A stretch of 64,000 bases of DNA from Candidatus Oxydemutatoraceae bacterium (lineage in GTDB: Bacteria > Pseudomonadota > Gammaproteobacteria > Poriferisulfidales > Oxydemutatoraceae), in NCBI GenBank assembly GCA_965219575.1, contig OZ244779.1, positions 300,769-364,768 of the forward strand. The letters run 5' to 3'. Below the pieces are notes generated by a model. The model worked only from the letters and a program-made list of their open reading frames with translations. It did no database searches and was not told the origin of the DNA. Each line of letters begins with the position of its first letter. Positions within the stretch are counted from its first letter, which is position 1. Made by a program: the position numbers and the translations under genes. Positions 21,340-31,198 of this stretch are shown piece by piece.

Positions 21340-21792
21340 GTGGCTAGATTTACTATTTATCAAAACCAATCTTTATCGAAGCGCGGTAATCAAATATTTT
21401 TCTTAACGATGCTTTGCGTTTCTTTTGCGATTGCGTTGGCTTTTGCTTGGCAAGGATTATGGATGATTATTCCTTTTGCCGGCATTGAAATGTTGGCCTT
21501 GGGACTCGGATTATATTGGTGTATGAACAAACTCTCTCGCGTTGAAACGATCACCGTATCCGATAAAGAGGTTTTACTCGATGTTCGGCAACAAAACCGC
21601 AAGCCATCAAGCCGTAGCTTTCCTAAAGCATGGACACGCGCAACTGTTCTCTCGCCGCAAACGATAACACAAAGACGACAATTATGGTTGAAAGGAAATA
21701 GGGCAAAAGTTGAAATAGGGTCATTCTTGGAGGACTGCGAAAAAGTTAAATTGGCAAGCGCAATCAACCAATCAATTCAGAACAGACCATAG
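21340..21792 (+). CDS. DUF2244 membrane protein
   Basis: NQSLS, PFAGIE, VEIGSFL. Confidence 0.8.
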   Translation: MARFTIYQNQSLSKRGNQIFFLTMLCVSFAIALAFAWQGLWMIIPFAGIEMLALGLGLYWCMNKLSRVETITVSDKEVLLDVRQQNRKPSSRSFPKAWTRATVLSPQTITQRRQLWLKGNRAKVEIGSFLEDCEKVKLASAINQSIQNRP

Positions 21793-21804
21793 AGAGGACC
21801 CTAA

Positions 21805-22605
21805 ATGACACAAAAAGTAATCACAATATTCCTAATCGTTTGCTGGGCATTTTTGCCGGCGAGCGTCTCGGCTGAATTACAGCCGTATAATATGACCGTC
21901 GGCGTAACCGACATCAGTTCCAAAGTCTTTGATTTGCATATGCTGATTTTTTGGATTTGTGTTGCCATCGGGGTCGTCGTATTCGGCGTGATGATCATTT
22001 CGATGATCAAGCACCGCAAGTCGGTAGGACATAAGGCAGCACAATTTCACGAGAGCACCACCGCAGAGATTATATGGACGCTGGTGCCGTTGGCGATACT
22101 CGTCGGGATGGCAATTCCGGCAACAAAAGTCCTGATAGAAATGGAGGATACTTCGGCAGCCGATTTAACGATTAAGATTACCGGTTATCAGTGGATGTGG
22201 CACTACGATTATTTGGACGAAAACTTGGCTTTCTATAGCCAACTTGCAACCCCACGCGAACAGGTTTACAACATGAAGAACAAGGGAGAAAATTATTTGC
22301 TCGAAGTGAACAACGAGCTCGTACTACCGGTGGGTAAAAAAGTACGTTTCTTGATTACTTCAAACGATGTTTTGCATGCCTGGTGGGTGCCCGACCTTGC
22401 CGTTAAGAAAGATGCCATCCCCGGTTTCATCAATGAATCTTGGGCTAAAATAGAAAAGCCCGGCGTGTATCGCGGTCAATGCGCAGAGTTGTGCGGGCGC
22501 GATCATGCGTTTATGCCGATTGTCGTGCGAGCGGTAGACGAAGATCAATACCGACAATGGATACAGGAACAGACTGCTGTGCCGCAACAGACCGCACAGC
22601 GATAA
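21805..22605 (+). CDS. coxB: Cytochrome c oxidase subunit II
   Basis: DVLHAW and CuA motif CAELCGRDHAFM. Confidence 0.96.
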   Translation: MTQKVITIFLIVCWAFLPASVSAELQPYNMTVGVTDISSKVFDLHMLIFWICVAIGVVVFGVMIISMIKHRKSVGHKAAQFHESTTAEIIWTLVPLAILVGMAIPATKVLIEMEDTSAADLTIKITGYQWMWHYDYLDENLAFYSQLATPREQVYNMKNKGENYLLEVNNELVLPVGKKVRFLITSNDVLHAWWVPDLAVKKDAIPGFINESWAKIEKPGVYRGQCAELCGRDHAFMPIVVRAVDEDQYRQWIQEQTAVPQQTAQR

Positions 22606-22636
22606 GCCAACTACAGTAAAACAGGAGTTTATAGAT

Positions 22637-24211
22637 ATGAGTACACTAACAGCCGACGCCCACCACCACGCCGAACCCGACTCGGGCATCAAACGCTGGC
22701 TTTTTACGACAAACCACAAAGACATCGGTACTTTGTATTTGTGGTTTGCGATGATTATGTTCTTCATCGGCGGCGCAATGGCAATGATTATACGCGCCGA
22801 GTTATTCGAACCGGGCTTGCAGGTCGTAGACCCACAATTTTTTAATTCTATGACTACGATGCACGCACTGGTTATGATTTTCGGTGTCGTGATGCCGGCG
22901 TTCACCGGTCTGGCGAACTGGTTGATTCCAATGATGATCGGCGGCACTGATATGGCACTGCCGAGATTGAACAACTGGAGCTTTTGGATTTTGCCGTTTG
23001 CGTTTTCGATGTTGCTCGCCACCCTATTCGTGCCGGGAGGCGCACCGGCCGGCGGCTGGACGCTCTATCCGCCGCTCACCTTGCAAACCGGAACGGCACT
23101 GCCTTTAGTCATCTTTGCGATACACCTTATGGGGATGTCTTCGATTATGGGTGCAATCAATGTAATCGCAACGATTTTGAATATGCGCGCGCCGGGCATG
23201 ACGCTGATGAAAATGCCGTTGTTCGTGTGGACCTGGATGATTACCGCGTATTTATTGATTGCGGTGATGCCGGTTTTGGCTGGTGGGGTTACCATGTTGC
23301 TGACCGATAAATTCTTCGGCACCAGCTTCTTTAATGCTGCCGGCGGTGGCGACCCGGTAATGTTTCAGCATATATTCTGGTTTTTCGGACACCCCGAAGT
23401 TTATATTTTGATTTTACCGTCGTTCGGTGTTATTTCGAGTATCCTGCCGACTTTTGCCAGAAAGCCTCTGTTCGGTTATAGTTCAATGGTTTATGCAACG
23501 GCATCGATCGCATTTCTGTCGTTTATTGTTTGGGCGCATCACATGTTCACCGTCGGGATGCCGCTCGCCGGACAACTATTCTTTATGCTGTCTACGATGC
23601 TTATCGCAATACCGACCGGAGTAAAAATTTTCAATTGGATGGCAACCATGTGGCGCGGTGCGATGACGTTCGAGACACCGATGCTGTTTGCGATAGGCTT
23701 CATCGTGATGTTCACGATCGGAGGATTCTCGGGATTGATGCTGGCAATAACGCCTGCCGATTATCAATATCACGACACCTATTTCGTCGTTGCACATTTC
23801 CATTATGTGTTGGTTCCCGGGTCGATCTTTGCGATTATGGCGGCGGTTTATTACTGGTTGCCGAAATGGACCGGACACATGTATAACGAGACACTCGGCA
23901 AGTGGCATTTTTGGTTGTCGACGATCTCTGTCAACTTGACATTTTTCCCGATGCACTTCGTCGGTCTTGCCGGCATGCCGCGTCGTATACCCGATTATAA
24001 CTTGCAATTTGCCGATTATAATATGCTTGCAAGCATCGGCGCATTCGGCTTTGGTTTGGCGCAGATACTGTTCCTATATATTGTGATTGCAACGATACGC
24101 GCCGGTAAGAAAGCAACGAACGAGGTTTGGGAAGGTGCCGAAGGACTCGAATGGACGCTGGCATCGCCGCCGCCGTACCACTCGTTTACCACCCCACCCG
24201 TTGTTAAATAG
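22637..24211 (+). CDS. coxA: Cytochrome c oxidase subunit I
   Basis: NHKDIGTLY, GHPEVY, WAHHM. Confidence 0.97.
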   Translation: MSTLTADAHHHAEPDSGIKRWLFTTNHKDIGTLYLWFAMIMFFIGGAMAMIIRAELFEPGLQVVDPQFFNSMTTMHALVMIFGVVMPAFTGLANWLIPMMIGGTDMALPRLNNWSFWILPFAFSMLLATLFVPGGAPAGGWTLYPPLTLQTGTALPLVIFAIHLMGMSSIMGAINVIATILNMRAPGMTLMKMPLFVWTWMITAYLLIAVMPVLAGGVTMLLTDKFFGTSFFNAAGGGDPVMFQHIFWFFGHPEVYILILPSFGVISSILPTFARKPLFGYSSMVYATASIAFLSFIVWAHHMFTVGMPLAGQLFFMLSTMLIAIPTGVKIFNWMATMWRGAMTFETPMLFAIGFIVMFTIGGFSGLMLAITPADYQYHDTYFVVAHFHYVLVPGSIFAIMAAVYYWLPKWTGHMYNETLGKWHFWLSTISVNLTFFPMHFVGLAGMPRRIPDYNLQFADYNMLASIGAFGFGLAQILFLYIVIATIRAGKKATNEVWEGAEGLEWTLASPPPYHSFTTPPVVK

Positions 24212-24219
24212 TTTTGCCG

Positions 24220-24318
24220 GTGTCCAAGAGAGCGAATGCCAAGCTGACTGCGATTACCTTTGCATTGATAGCGGTGGCCATTTATATCGGTTTTTATTTC
24301 ATAGTGGCATCTCGATAG
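24220..24318 (+). CDS. 32-aa single-TM protein in the cox operon (absent from the ORF track)
   Basis: GTG start, SKRANAKLTAITFALIAVAIYIGFYFIVASR; stop abuts the ctaG ATG. Confidence 0.6.
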   Translation: MSKRANAKLTAITFALIAVAIYIGFYFIVASR

Positions 24319-24882
24319 ATGAAGCAGAAGACTAAAAATAACATTGTCGGCTGGAAGCTCGCACTGGTTGCCGTTGCGATGTTCGGTTTCGGTTATCTGA
24401 TGGTGCCGCTATACGATGTTTTTTGTGAGTTGACCGGGCTGAACGGAAAGGTTGGACGCACCGAGCTGGCAGAAATAAAACCGATGACAGTCGATGCCTC
24501 GCGTGAGGTCACGATTGAGTTTGTTGCCAATAGAAATCAATCGATGAATTGGCACTTCGAACCGAATGTTAGCAAGCTCGTGGCGCACCCGGGCAAAGCC
24601 TATAGCACCCACTACAAGGTTAAAAACTTGAGCGGAATCGACATGATCGGACAAGCTGTGCCGAGCATTTCACCGGTTGCGGCAGCATCGTATTTTAAGA
24701 AAATAGAATGTTTTTGTTTTGATAAGCAGACACTGCGTGCCGGTGAGACGCGCGATATGGAAGTGCGTTTTGTAATCGCACCTGATCTGCCCAAAAACTT
24801 GGCAACGATTTCACTCTCTTATACATTTTTTGATGTAAGTGAGCAGGCGGCGCGCCCCAAGGACCCCGAGACAGACACTTAA
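24319..24882 (+). CDS. ctaG: Cytochrome c oxidase assembly protein CtaG/Cox11
   Basis: VPLYDVFC and KIECFCF. Confidence 0.95.
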   Translation: MKQKTKNNIVGWKLALVAVAMFGFGYLMVPLYDVFCELTGLNGKVGRTELAEIKPMTVDASREVTIEFVANRNQSMNWHFEPNVSKLVAHPGKAYSTHYKVKNLSGIDMIGQAVPSISPVAAASYFKKIECFCFDKQTLRAGETRDMEVRFVIAPDLPKNLATISLSYTFFDVSEQAARPKDPETDT

Positions 24883-24903
24883 GCAGAGAATAGGGAGACA
24901 CTT

Positions 24904-25773
24904 ATGAGCACACAAACAGCGTATTATGTTCCACACGGTAGCCACTGGCCGATTGTCGGGTCGATTGCTTTGGCAAGTCTTTTTATCGGCGTATCGGCAT
25001 TTCTCAACGAAAGTGATATCGGGTTGCCGCTGATGGGGTTGGGGACGGCAATGCTCTTGATCATGCTGTTCGGTTGGTTCGGCACGGTGGTAAAAGAAAG
25101 CGAATCGGGCACCTATAACGATCAGGTAGACCTCTCGTTTCGCTGGGGAATGATGTGGTTTATCTTCTCCGAGGTGATGTTTTTCGCGGCTTTTTTCGGT
25201 GCCTTGTTCTATGCGCGGATGTTCTCGTTGCCGTGGTTGGGTGGTGAGGCGACCGGAGCTGCGACCAACTTTTATCTATGGCCGGCGTTTGAAGCACTAT
25301 GGCCTATGGCAGCGAACGGACCGGCGAGTATCGGCGGTGGGTTTCAGACTATAGGGGCATGGGGAATTCCGGCATTGAACACGCTGATCTTGCTAACCAG
25401 CGGTGCGACGGTTACCTGGGCGCATCACGGCTTAAAAACAAACAACCGCAGAGTCCTGATTTGGGGTTTATTTTTGACCGTTGCGTTGGGCTTCATTTTT
25501 GTCGGCTTTCAGGCATACGAATATTTACATGCGTATAACGATTTGAACCTAACCCTCAAATCGGGCATTTATGGTTCTACTTTCTTTATGCTGACCGGCT
25601 TTCACGGTTTGCATGTTACCTTGGGTGCGATCATCTTGTTGGTCATATTGATGCGCAGTATTTCCGGACATTTCACATCGCAAAAGCATTTCGCTTTTGA
25701 GGCTGCCGCATGGTATTGGCACTTCGTCGATGTGGTTTGGCTGGGTCTATTTGTTTTTGTTTATTGGGTTTAG
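24904..25773 (+). CDS. coxC: Cytochrome c oxidase subunit III
   Basis: FIFSEVMFF, TGFHGLHV, WYWHFVDVVW. Confidence 0.96.
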   Translation: MSTQTAYYVPHGSHWPIVGSIALASLFIGVSAFLNESDIGLPLMGLGTAMLLIMLFGWFGTVVKESESGTYNDQVDLSFRWGMMWFIFSEVMFFAAFFGALFYARMFSLPWLGGEATGAATNFYLWPAFEALWPMAANGPASIGGGFQTIGAWGIPALNTLILLTSGATVTWAHHGLKTNNRRVLIWGLFLTVALGFIFVGFQAYEYLHAYNDLNLTLKSGIYGSTFFMLTGFHGLHVTLGAIILLVILMRSISGHFTSQKHFAFEAAAWYWHFVDVVWLGLFVFVYWV

Positions 25774-25838
25774 CGACAAAACGGCAAAAGTTCGCTTTTG
25801 TTTTTACTATACTACTGGTTTTTCATAAATTTTGAAGT

Positions 25839-26297
25839 TCATTTTTCTTTTGCGATATCTAAAAAAACATCCCAGTTTTCTCTATAAGAATCAAGAAGGC
25901 TAACTGATTTTGTTTCACCCCAATCAGAGATATCGTGTACGGGAATAATATAGCAGTCGCCATTATCGCTATCTACGCCAACCAATATATCACAATCATC
26001 AATGGTGTACTTATAATCTCTTTTCTCCATATCCTTATCAAATTGTTTGCCACTGCGAAATCCTCCCATGAAACTAAATGTGCCGCCCTTGCGAATGCCT
26101 TTTATCTGTATCCGCAATAGTTTCTTTTGACCACCTAAATCAACCACCGCATCATATTTAGCATTGGTAACATCCACTCGTGAACAGGGAAAACCTGCCT
26201 TAATAATACGCCCAACGCCGATTAACTCATTAGCATTGCCGTTCATAGTTCTAAATATCCCAACTTCGATCTTGGTTAAATTTTCAGCCCAATCCAT
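25839..26297 (-). CDS. Small PD-(D/E)XK endonuclease
   Basis: E..KYDAVVD..IQIK motif; start overlaps the methylase 3' end. Confidence 0.7.
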   Translation of the reverse strand: MDWAENLTKIEVGIFRTMNGNANELIGVGRIIKAGFPCSRVDVTNAKYDAVVDLGGQKKLLRIQIKGIRKGGTFSFMGGFRSGKQFDKDMEKRDYKYTIDDCDILVGVDSDNGDCYIIPVHDISDWGETKSVSLLDSYRENWDVFLDIAKEK

Positions 26298-27109
26298 TGC
26301 TTAGTCCTTTTTCGCGAGAGGGCAACATATTCGGGATTGATTTCAAACCCGATATAACGCCGATCATGTTTTGCAGCGGCCACCGCCGTAGTACCACTTC
26401 CCATAAATGGGTCTAATACAACATCTCCTTTTTTAGAAGTTGTGAGTATCAACCTTTCGATCATTTCAACGGGGAATGACGCTTTATGCTCTTTGAACGG
26501 CTTGACATTCTGATTAAAAATATCACGATGAAAGTCCATTGCTTTTGCGCTTTCATAATCAAAAAAATACTTTGGGCTTTTCACAAAATGGAAAATATGC
26601 TCATAGCGAGGTAAGCGTCTGTCTTTTGAGAATGAAGGAATTGCGTTGGGCTTGTGCCAAATAATATCATTACGAAGTAACCATCCTTGCTCTTGCATCC
26701 CTATGGCCACCCGAGACGGAAGCATAAGTAGCTGTTTATATTGTAAAACCTTGCCGTCTTGCTTGCATATTTTATGTTCCTTATAGTGAGTGTCGGTGGA
26801 ACGCATATACTTACCGGTATTCCTAGAAAAGCCTTTTGTGCCAAAGTAAATGTCGCCGATATTTAGATAAAAAGAACCGGTGGGAGAGAGTGCTTGCCTT
26901 ATCAAAGGAGTAAATTTTAAGAAAGTATCTACATAATTTAAAGGGTTATCCTCTCTGCCGATAGTCTCGTTGCCGTATTCCCGACATCCGAAATAAGGTG
27001 GTGATGTAATAATTAGATCAACAGAGTTTGCATCTAGTTCTTTTAATAACTTCATTGAATCTCCGAGAGCTATTTTGTCGATGAATTTTTTATTTTTCAC
27101 TTCCGGCAA
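26276..27109 (-). CDS. DNA amino-methyltransferase, beta class (probably m4C)
   Basis: TSPPY precedes DPFMGSGTT. Confidence 0.9.
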   Translation of the reverse strand: MPEVKNKKFIDKIALGDSMKLLKELDANSVDLIITSPPYFGCREYGNETIGREDNPLNYVDTFLKFTPLIRQALSPTGSFYLNIGDIYFGTKGFSRNTGKYMRSTDTHYKEHKICKQDGKVLQYKQLLMLPSRVAIGMQEQGWLLRNDIIWHKPNAIPSFSKDRRLPRYEHIFHFVKSPKYFFDYESAKAMDFHRDIFNQNVKPFKEHKASFPVEMIERLILTTSKKGDVVLDPFMGSGTTAVAAAKHDRRYIGFEINPEYVALSRKRTKQWIGLKI

Positions 27110-27287
27110 ATCAAATAGATTAAGATTTTTGCGACGCTTTTTTCATATTCAAAACTTCCCATGTGGGAATAATAACATATCATAAAACTCTGTGCAGAAT
27201 GGTATATAATTCATAGTGATATGCTAAAAGATCACACGAAAACATGGAAGTTAAATATATAATTCCCCAAATCAGCACATTAATACG

Positions 27288-28166
27288 ATGAGAACAGAAA
27301 CCAGAAAATTCGGTGGAGGTAGTCGTATCGGGCACGATGCCTCGGCTTTTTACAACAGCAGAAAATATCGCCAACACACACCGCCGGGAAACGGCAAACT
27401 GCCTACTAAAGAGCGGATAATTAAACGCACGGAAAGAGACAAGATTTATCATAAATCGAGCGAAAATATGAATGAGTTGCCCGATAACAGCATACACCTG
27501 ATGGTCACTTCACCTCCGTACAATGTCGGCAAGGAGTACGACGACGATTTAACGACCGACGAATATCTGGGAATGTTGCACCGGGTATGGCAAGAGGTCT
27601 ATCGCGTATTGGTTGACGGTGGCAGAGCGTGTATCAATATCGCAAATGTAGGTAGAAAACCTTATATTCCGCTGAGTGCATTCATTACTTCGAAAATGCT
27701 CAGCATTGGTTTTCTGATGCGTGGAGAGATTATCTGGGACAAGCAGTCGTCGGCCGGAACTTCGTGTGCTTGGGGTAGCTGGCAGTCGCCGTCCAACCCG
27801 GTATTGCGCGACACCCACGAGTATATACTTGTCTTTTGTAAAAACTCGTTCAAAAGACCGAAACCGCTTCAAGTTACAAAGACACCGACAATAAGCAAAG
27901 CACAATTCCTTGAATATACCAAAAGCGTTTGGCACTTCAATGCTGAAAGTGCAAGGAAAGTACGGCATCCAGCCCCCTTTCCCATAGAGCTTCCTTATCG
28001 CTTCATACAGTTATTCACATACAAAAATGATGTTGTCTTGGATCCGTTTATCGGCAGCGGCACAACGGCGATAGCTGCCAAAAAAAGCAACAGGGTTTTT
28101 ATAGGGTATGAAACGAATAAGGAATATATCAAAATTTGCAAGGACAGATTAGCCGGTGAACAATAG
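27288..28166 (+). CDS. DNA amino-methyltransferase, beta class (probably m4C)
   Basis: TSPPY, HPAPFP, DPFIGSGTT. Confidence 0.9.
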   Translation: MRTETRKFGGGSRIGHDASAFYNSRKYRQHTPPGNGKLPTKERIIKRTERDKIYHKSSENMNELPDNSIHLMVTSPPYNVGKEYDDDLTTDEYLGMLHRVWQEVYRVLVDGGRACINIANVGRKPYIPLSAFITSKMLSIGFLMRGEIIWDKQSSAGTSCAWGSWQSPSNPVLRDTHEYILVFCKNSFKRPKPLQVTKTPTISKAQFLEYTKSVWHFNAESARKVRHPAPFPIELPYRFIQLFTYKNDVVLDPFIGSGTTAIAAKKSNRVFIGYETNKEYIKICKDRLAGEQ

Positions 28167-28193
28167 ATTTTTTGAGGAGAAGGTATATCGGGA

Positions 28194-28600
28194 GAGGCGG
28201 TTGAAAAAGTATTGGCATCGCAAAAATCCAACCGCTTGCGCCATTTGGTTTTGGTTTCCATAAATTGGATGGATGAATGTATAAACATAGTACAAATACG
28301 GCACAACCACCCCGTCAGGCTACGCCTGCCACCCCTCCACAGGAGGGGAATGTACCGCCCCTAAGGTTCAATGTACCGCCCCTAAGGTTCGTGGATACTT
28401 TTTCAACAGTCCCACGAGACAACCACGCCATGGAAAGGTTTTACATTTTGTATTTATTCGAGGTTATGCACAATGTCACGCCGCTTGTGCTACTGCAACA
28501 AGTGGCGGTTCTATTTCGCCTGCCACCCCTACACAGGAGGGGAATGGTACACCCCTACACAGGTCGGTTACATTGCGGTTCTATTTTTAAGCAGCTCCGG
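28194..28600. repeat. MITE-like element (28194-28413) plus hairpin repeats
   Basis: Degenerate TIRs; 21-bp tandem duplication at 28349-28390. Confidence 0.75.
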
Positions 28601-28642
28601 GTGACTGTTCGGGCAATGCCATGCGGTAAATTAACCGCACAC

Positions 28643-28855
28643 TCACATCGGCACAATGCCGTGGGGTTGTATCCAACCCATTCCATAGCTCAGCACCAGT
28701 AGGAAAAACACGATGATAGACAATATCACCCGCGCAGTTAAGGCATTGACGGTTTTTTTACCTCGCCCCTTGTCTTTCATCATGGAAAAGAGTGCCGCGC
28801 CTAGGCTTACGACAATTCCCACAAACAAGAATAAAAGAATTATTTTTACCCACAT
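28643..28855 (-). CDS. Twin transmembrane helix small protein (DUF2909)
   Basis: SLGAALFSM..ALTARV..GWIQPHG; divergent from SURF1. Confidence 0.85.
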   Translation of the reverse strand: MWVKIILLFLFVGIVVSLGAALFSMMKDKGRGKKTVNALTARVILSIIVFFLLVLSYGMGWIQPHGIVPM

Positions 28856-28903
28856 GATGTATCAAACATAGCAATTACCATACTTATATTATACTATCTC
28901 ATC

Positions 28904-29632
28904 ATGAAATTAGGTCATTATCAGTTTTCTCCACCGCTTTTGGTACTTTTATCGGCTATATTTTTGTCTGCGCTTTTTGCCGGCTTGGGTCGGTGGCAGA
29001 TCGATCGCATGTATCAAAAAGAGGAGATTATTGCGCAGTATCAGCAAAGGCAAGCTGCGCCTGCAATCGATAAACTGCCTCCGGCAACCGCCGATTTGGA
29101 AGAGTGGCGTTATCGTCAGGTACAGCTCGACGGGCGACTGCTTGCCGAGCGGCAGTTTCTGTTGGACAACCAGATCTCGGGCGGACGGGTCGGCTTCAAT
29201 GTACTGACACCGATGGCGTTGGAAGACGGCAGCACAGTGTTGGTTGACCGAGGCTGGGTTGCTATGGGTGCTCGGCGTGAGGACCTGCCCGATGTGCGTC
29301 TGACTACCGACCCCGAGACGATAACCGGCACGATTTATGTGCCGTTCGGAGAACCGTTTGCGCTCGGTAGTGCGACGATCGGCGAGGTTGGTTGGCCGCG
29401 CATCGTTCAATATCTAGACTTCAAGGCACTCGGTGATTTATTGGGAACCTCGCTTTTGCCTATGGTTGTGCGTCTGTCTCCACAACAAGCGGGGGGTTAT
29501 AAAAGAGAATGGTCTCTTATTGCCATGTCGGCCGATAAGCACTTGGCTTATGCAGTGCAATGGTTCGCACTGGCAGCGGTGCCGGTGATTTTGCTGTTGG
29601 TGCTCAACATCAAACGGAACGATGAACGATAA
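28904..29632 (+). CDS. SURF1 family protein
   Basis: LGRWQ, LLDN, VDRGWV, KHLAYAVQWF. Confidence 0.93.
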   Translation: MKLGHYQFSPPLLVLLSAIFLSALFAGLGRWQIDRMYQKEEIIAQYQQRQAAPAIDKLPPATADLEEWRYRQVQLDGRLLAERQFLLDNQISGGRVGFNVLTPMALEDGSTVLVDRGWVAMGARREDLPDVRLTTDPETITGTIYVPFGEPFALGSATIGEVGWPRIVQYLDFKALGDLLGTSLLPMVVRLSPQQAGGYKREWSLIAMSADKHLAYAVQWFALAAVPVILLLVLNIKRNDER

Positions 29633-30218
29633 GCGATTATCGCGCCTGAAGTTGATCGGCATATTTTCTGCATTTGCCGGCCCCTTATTGATTGCGTCGG
29701 TGCTTTATTTCGGGCAAGGGTGGTTTGAATTCGGTTCTACCGAGCGCGGTCAGTTGTTGTCATCCGGGCAGACTCTCGATTCCGAAGATTTTAATTTAAT
29801 AAAGGATGATCAAACAAGCGATGCAAATGGCGCACCGTTGCTCGACGGTCGTTGGTTACTAGTGTTTCACGGCAGCCGAGCGTGTAATCTTTATTGTCAA
29901 GCGAGCCTATTCAAGATGCGTCAGGCGAGATTGGTGCTGGGGCGCGATGCCGCCCGCGTGCGCATCGTCTATTTGCTTGCCGATGCACAGCAACCCGATA
30001 CAGAGCTAAACCGATTATTGCTTCAATATCCGGCACTTTCGGTGTATCGGATAGAAGATACCGCAGATGTGCGCGCACAAGCACCGCAATTTCGACAAAA
30101 CCAAGTTTATATTGCAGATCCTTTCGGCAATTTGGTCATGTTTTACCTACCCGATGCTTATTCGCGAGACATCATCAAGGACTTTAAGCGTCTACTGAAA
30201 GCCTCCAAAATCGGTTAA
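29622..30218 (+). CDS. Cytochrome oxidase biogenesis protein (SCO/thioredoxin-like)
   Basis: N-terminal TM, CNLYC, DPFGNLVM, LLKASKIG; cox context. Confidence 0.7.
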   Translation: MNDKRLSRLKLIGIFSAFAGPLLIASVLYFGQGWFEFGSTERGQLLSSGQTLDSEDFNLIKDDQTSDANGAPLLDGRWLLVFHGSRACNLYCQASLFKMRQARLVLGRDAARVRIVYLLADAQQPDTELNRLLLQYPALSVYRIEDTADVRAQAPQFRQNQVYIADPFGNLVMFYLPDAYSRDIIKDFKRLLKASKIG

Positions 30219-31198
30219 TGAATACATCTTATTTCTTAAAGGGTGTTGGTGTCGCATTGGTGCTGACAATGCTGGTTATCGTATTGGGGGCGTATACGCG
30301 CCTCAGCGATGCCGGATTGGGTTGCCCCGATTGGCCGGGGTGCTACGGGCAGTTGCTGGGTGTGCCCGAGCAACCTGCCGAGATAGAACAAGCCGAACAG
30401 GCTTACCCCGGTTGGCGCGTCGAGGTTGATAAGGCATGGATTGAAATGGTACATCGCTACTTTGCCGGCGGGTTGGGTTTAATCATCCTAGCACTAACCG
30501 TATTCGCATTTATCAAAGCCAAGCACCGCCGAGGCTTAATGCTGTTTCTGCTCGGCTTGGTCACCTTCCAAGCACTGCTGGGCATGTGGACGGTCACTTT
30601 GTTATTGCAACCACTCGTCGTTGTTGCCCATTTACTGGGAGGCTTTACGGTGCTCTCATTATTGTGGTGGCTATACCTAGACCGATGGTTTGAACCGAAG
30701 CAGGCAACCGTTCACAACAAAGCCTTTTATAAAATTACTTTAGTCGCATTGGTTTTGTTGGTTATGCAAATCACACTCGGCGGATGGACCAGTTCCAATT
30801 ATGCGGCACTCGCCTGTATCGATTTTCCGCTATGTCAGGGTTTATGGGTACCCGATGCCGATTATCGTGGGGGATTTCAATTTTTGGTTGACGAACAAAA
30901 CTATGAATACGGTGTGTTGGATAGCCCGCAACGCACCGCAATACACTTTTCTCACCGCTTGGGCGCATTGATTGTCACGGTGTTCTTTGTGGTGTTCTTG
31001 GCAAAACTATTCGCTCAAGGCTCGGCACTCGTGCGGCGGGTTGCACTAGGCATTGCGTCCCTGCTGGTTGTTCAAATCATGCTGGGCATTTCAAATATCG
31101 TATTTTCTTTGCCGTTGGCTGTTGCGGTCTTGCATAATGCGGTCGCCGCACTATTACTTTTATCGTTATTGCTCTTATTGCGCGTGCTAAAATCATAA
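30218..31198 (+). CDS. ctaA: Heme A synthase COX15/CtaA
   Basis: AGLGCPDWPGC, EMVHRY, HRLGA. Confidence 0.93.
   Translation: MNTSYFLKGVGVALVLTMLVIVLGAYTRLSDAGLGCPDWPGCYGQLLGVPEQPAEIEQAEQAYPGWRVEVDKAWIEMVHRYFAGGLGLIILALTVFAFIKAKHRRGLMLFLLGLVTFQALLGMWTVTLLLQPLVVVAHLLGGFTVLSLLWWLYLDRWFEPKQATVHNKAFYKITLVALVLLVMQITLGGWTSSNYAALACIDFPLCQGLWVPDADYRGGFQFLVDEQNYEYGVLDSPQRTAIHFSHRLGALIVTVFFVVFLAKLFAQGSALVRRVALGIASLLVVQIMLGISNIVFSLPLAVAVLHNAVAALLLLSLLLLLRVLKS

Noticed and set aside
27156-27169. Palindrome as a third parS
   Set aside because: Poor match to the parS consensus.
28349-28390. 21-bp tandem duplication
   Set aside because: Local slippage within a repeat; no sign of function.
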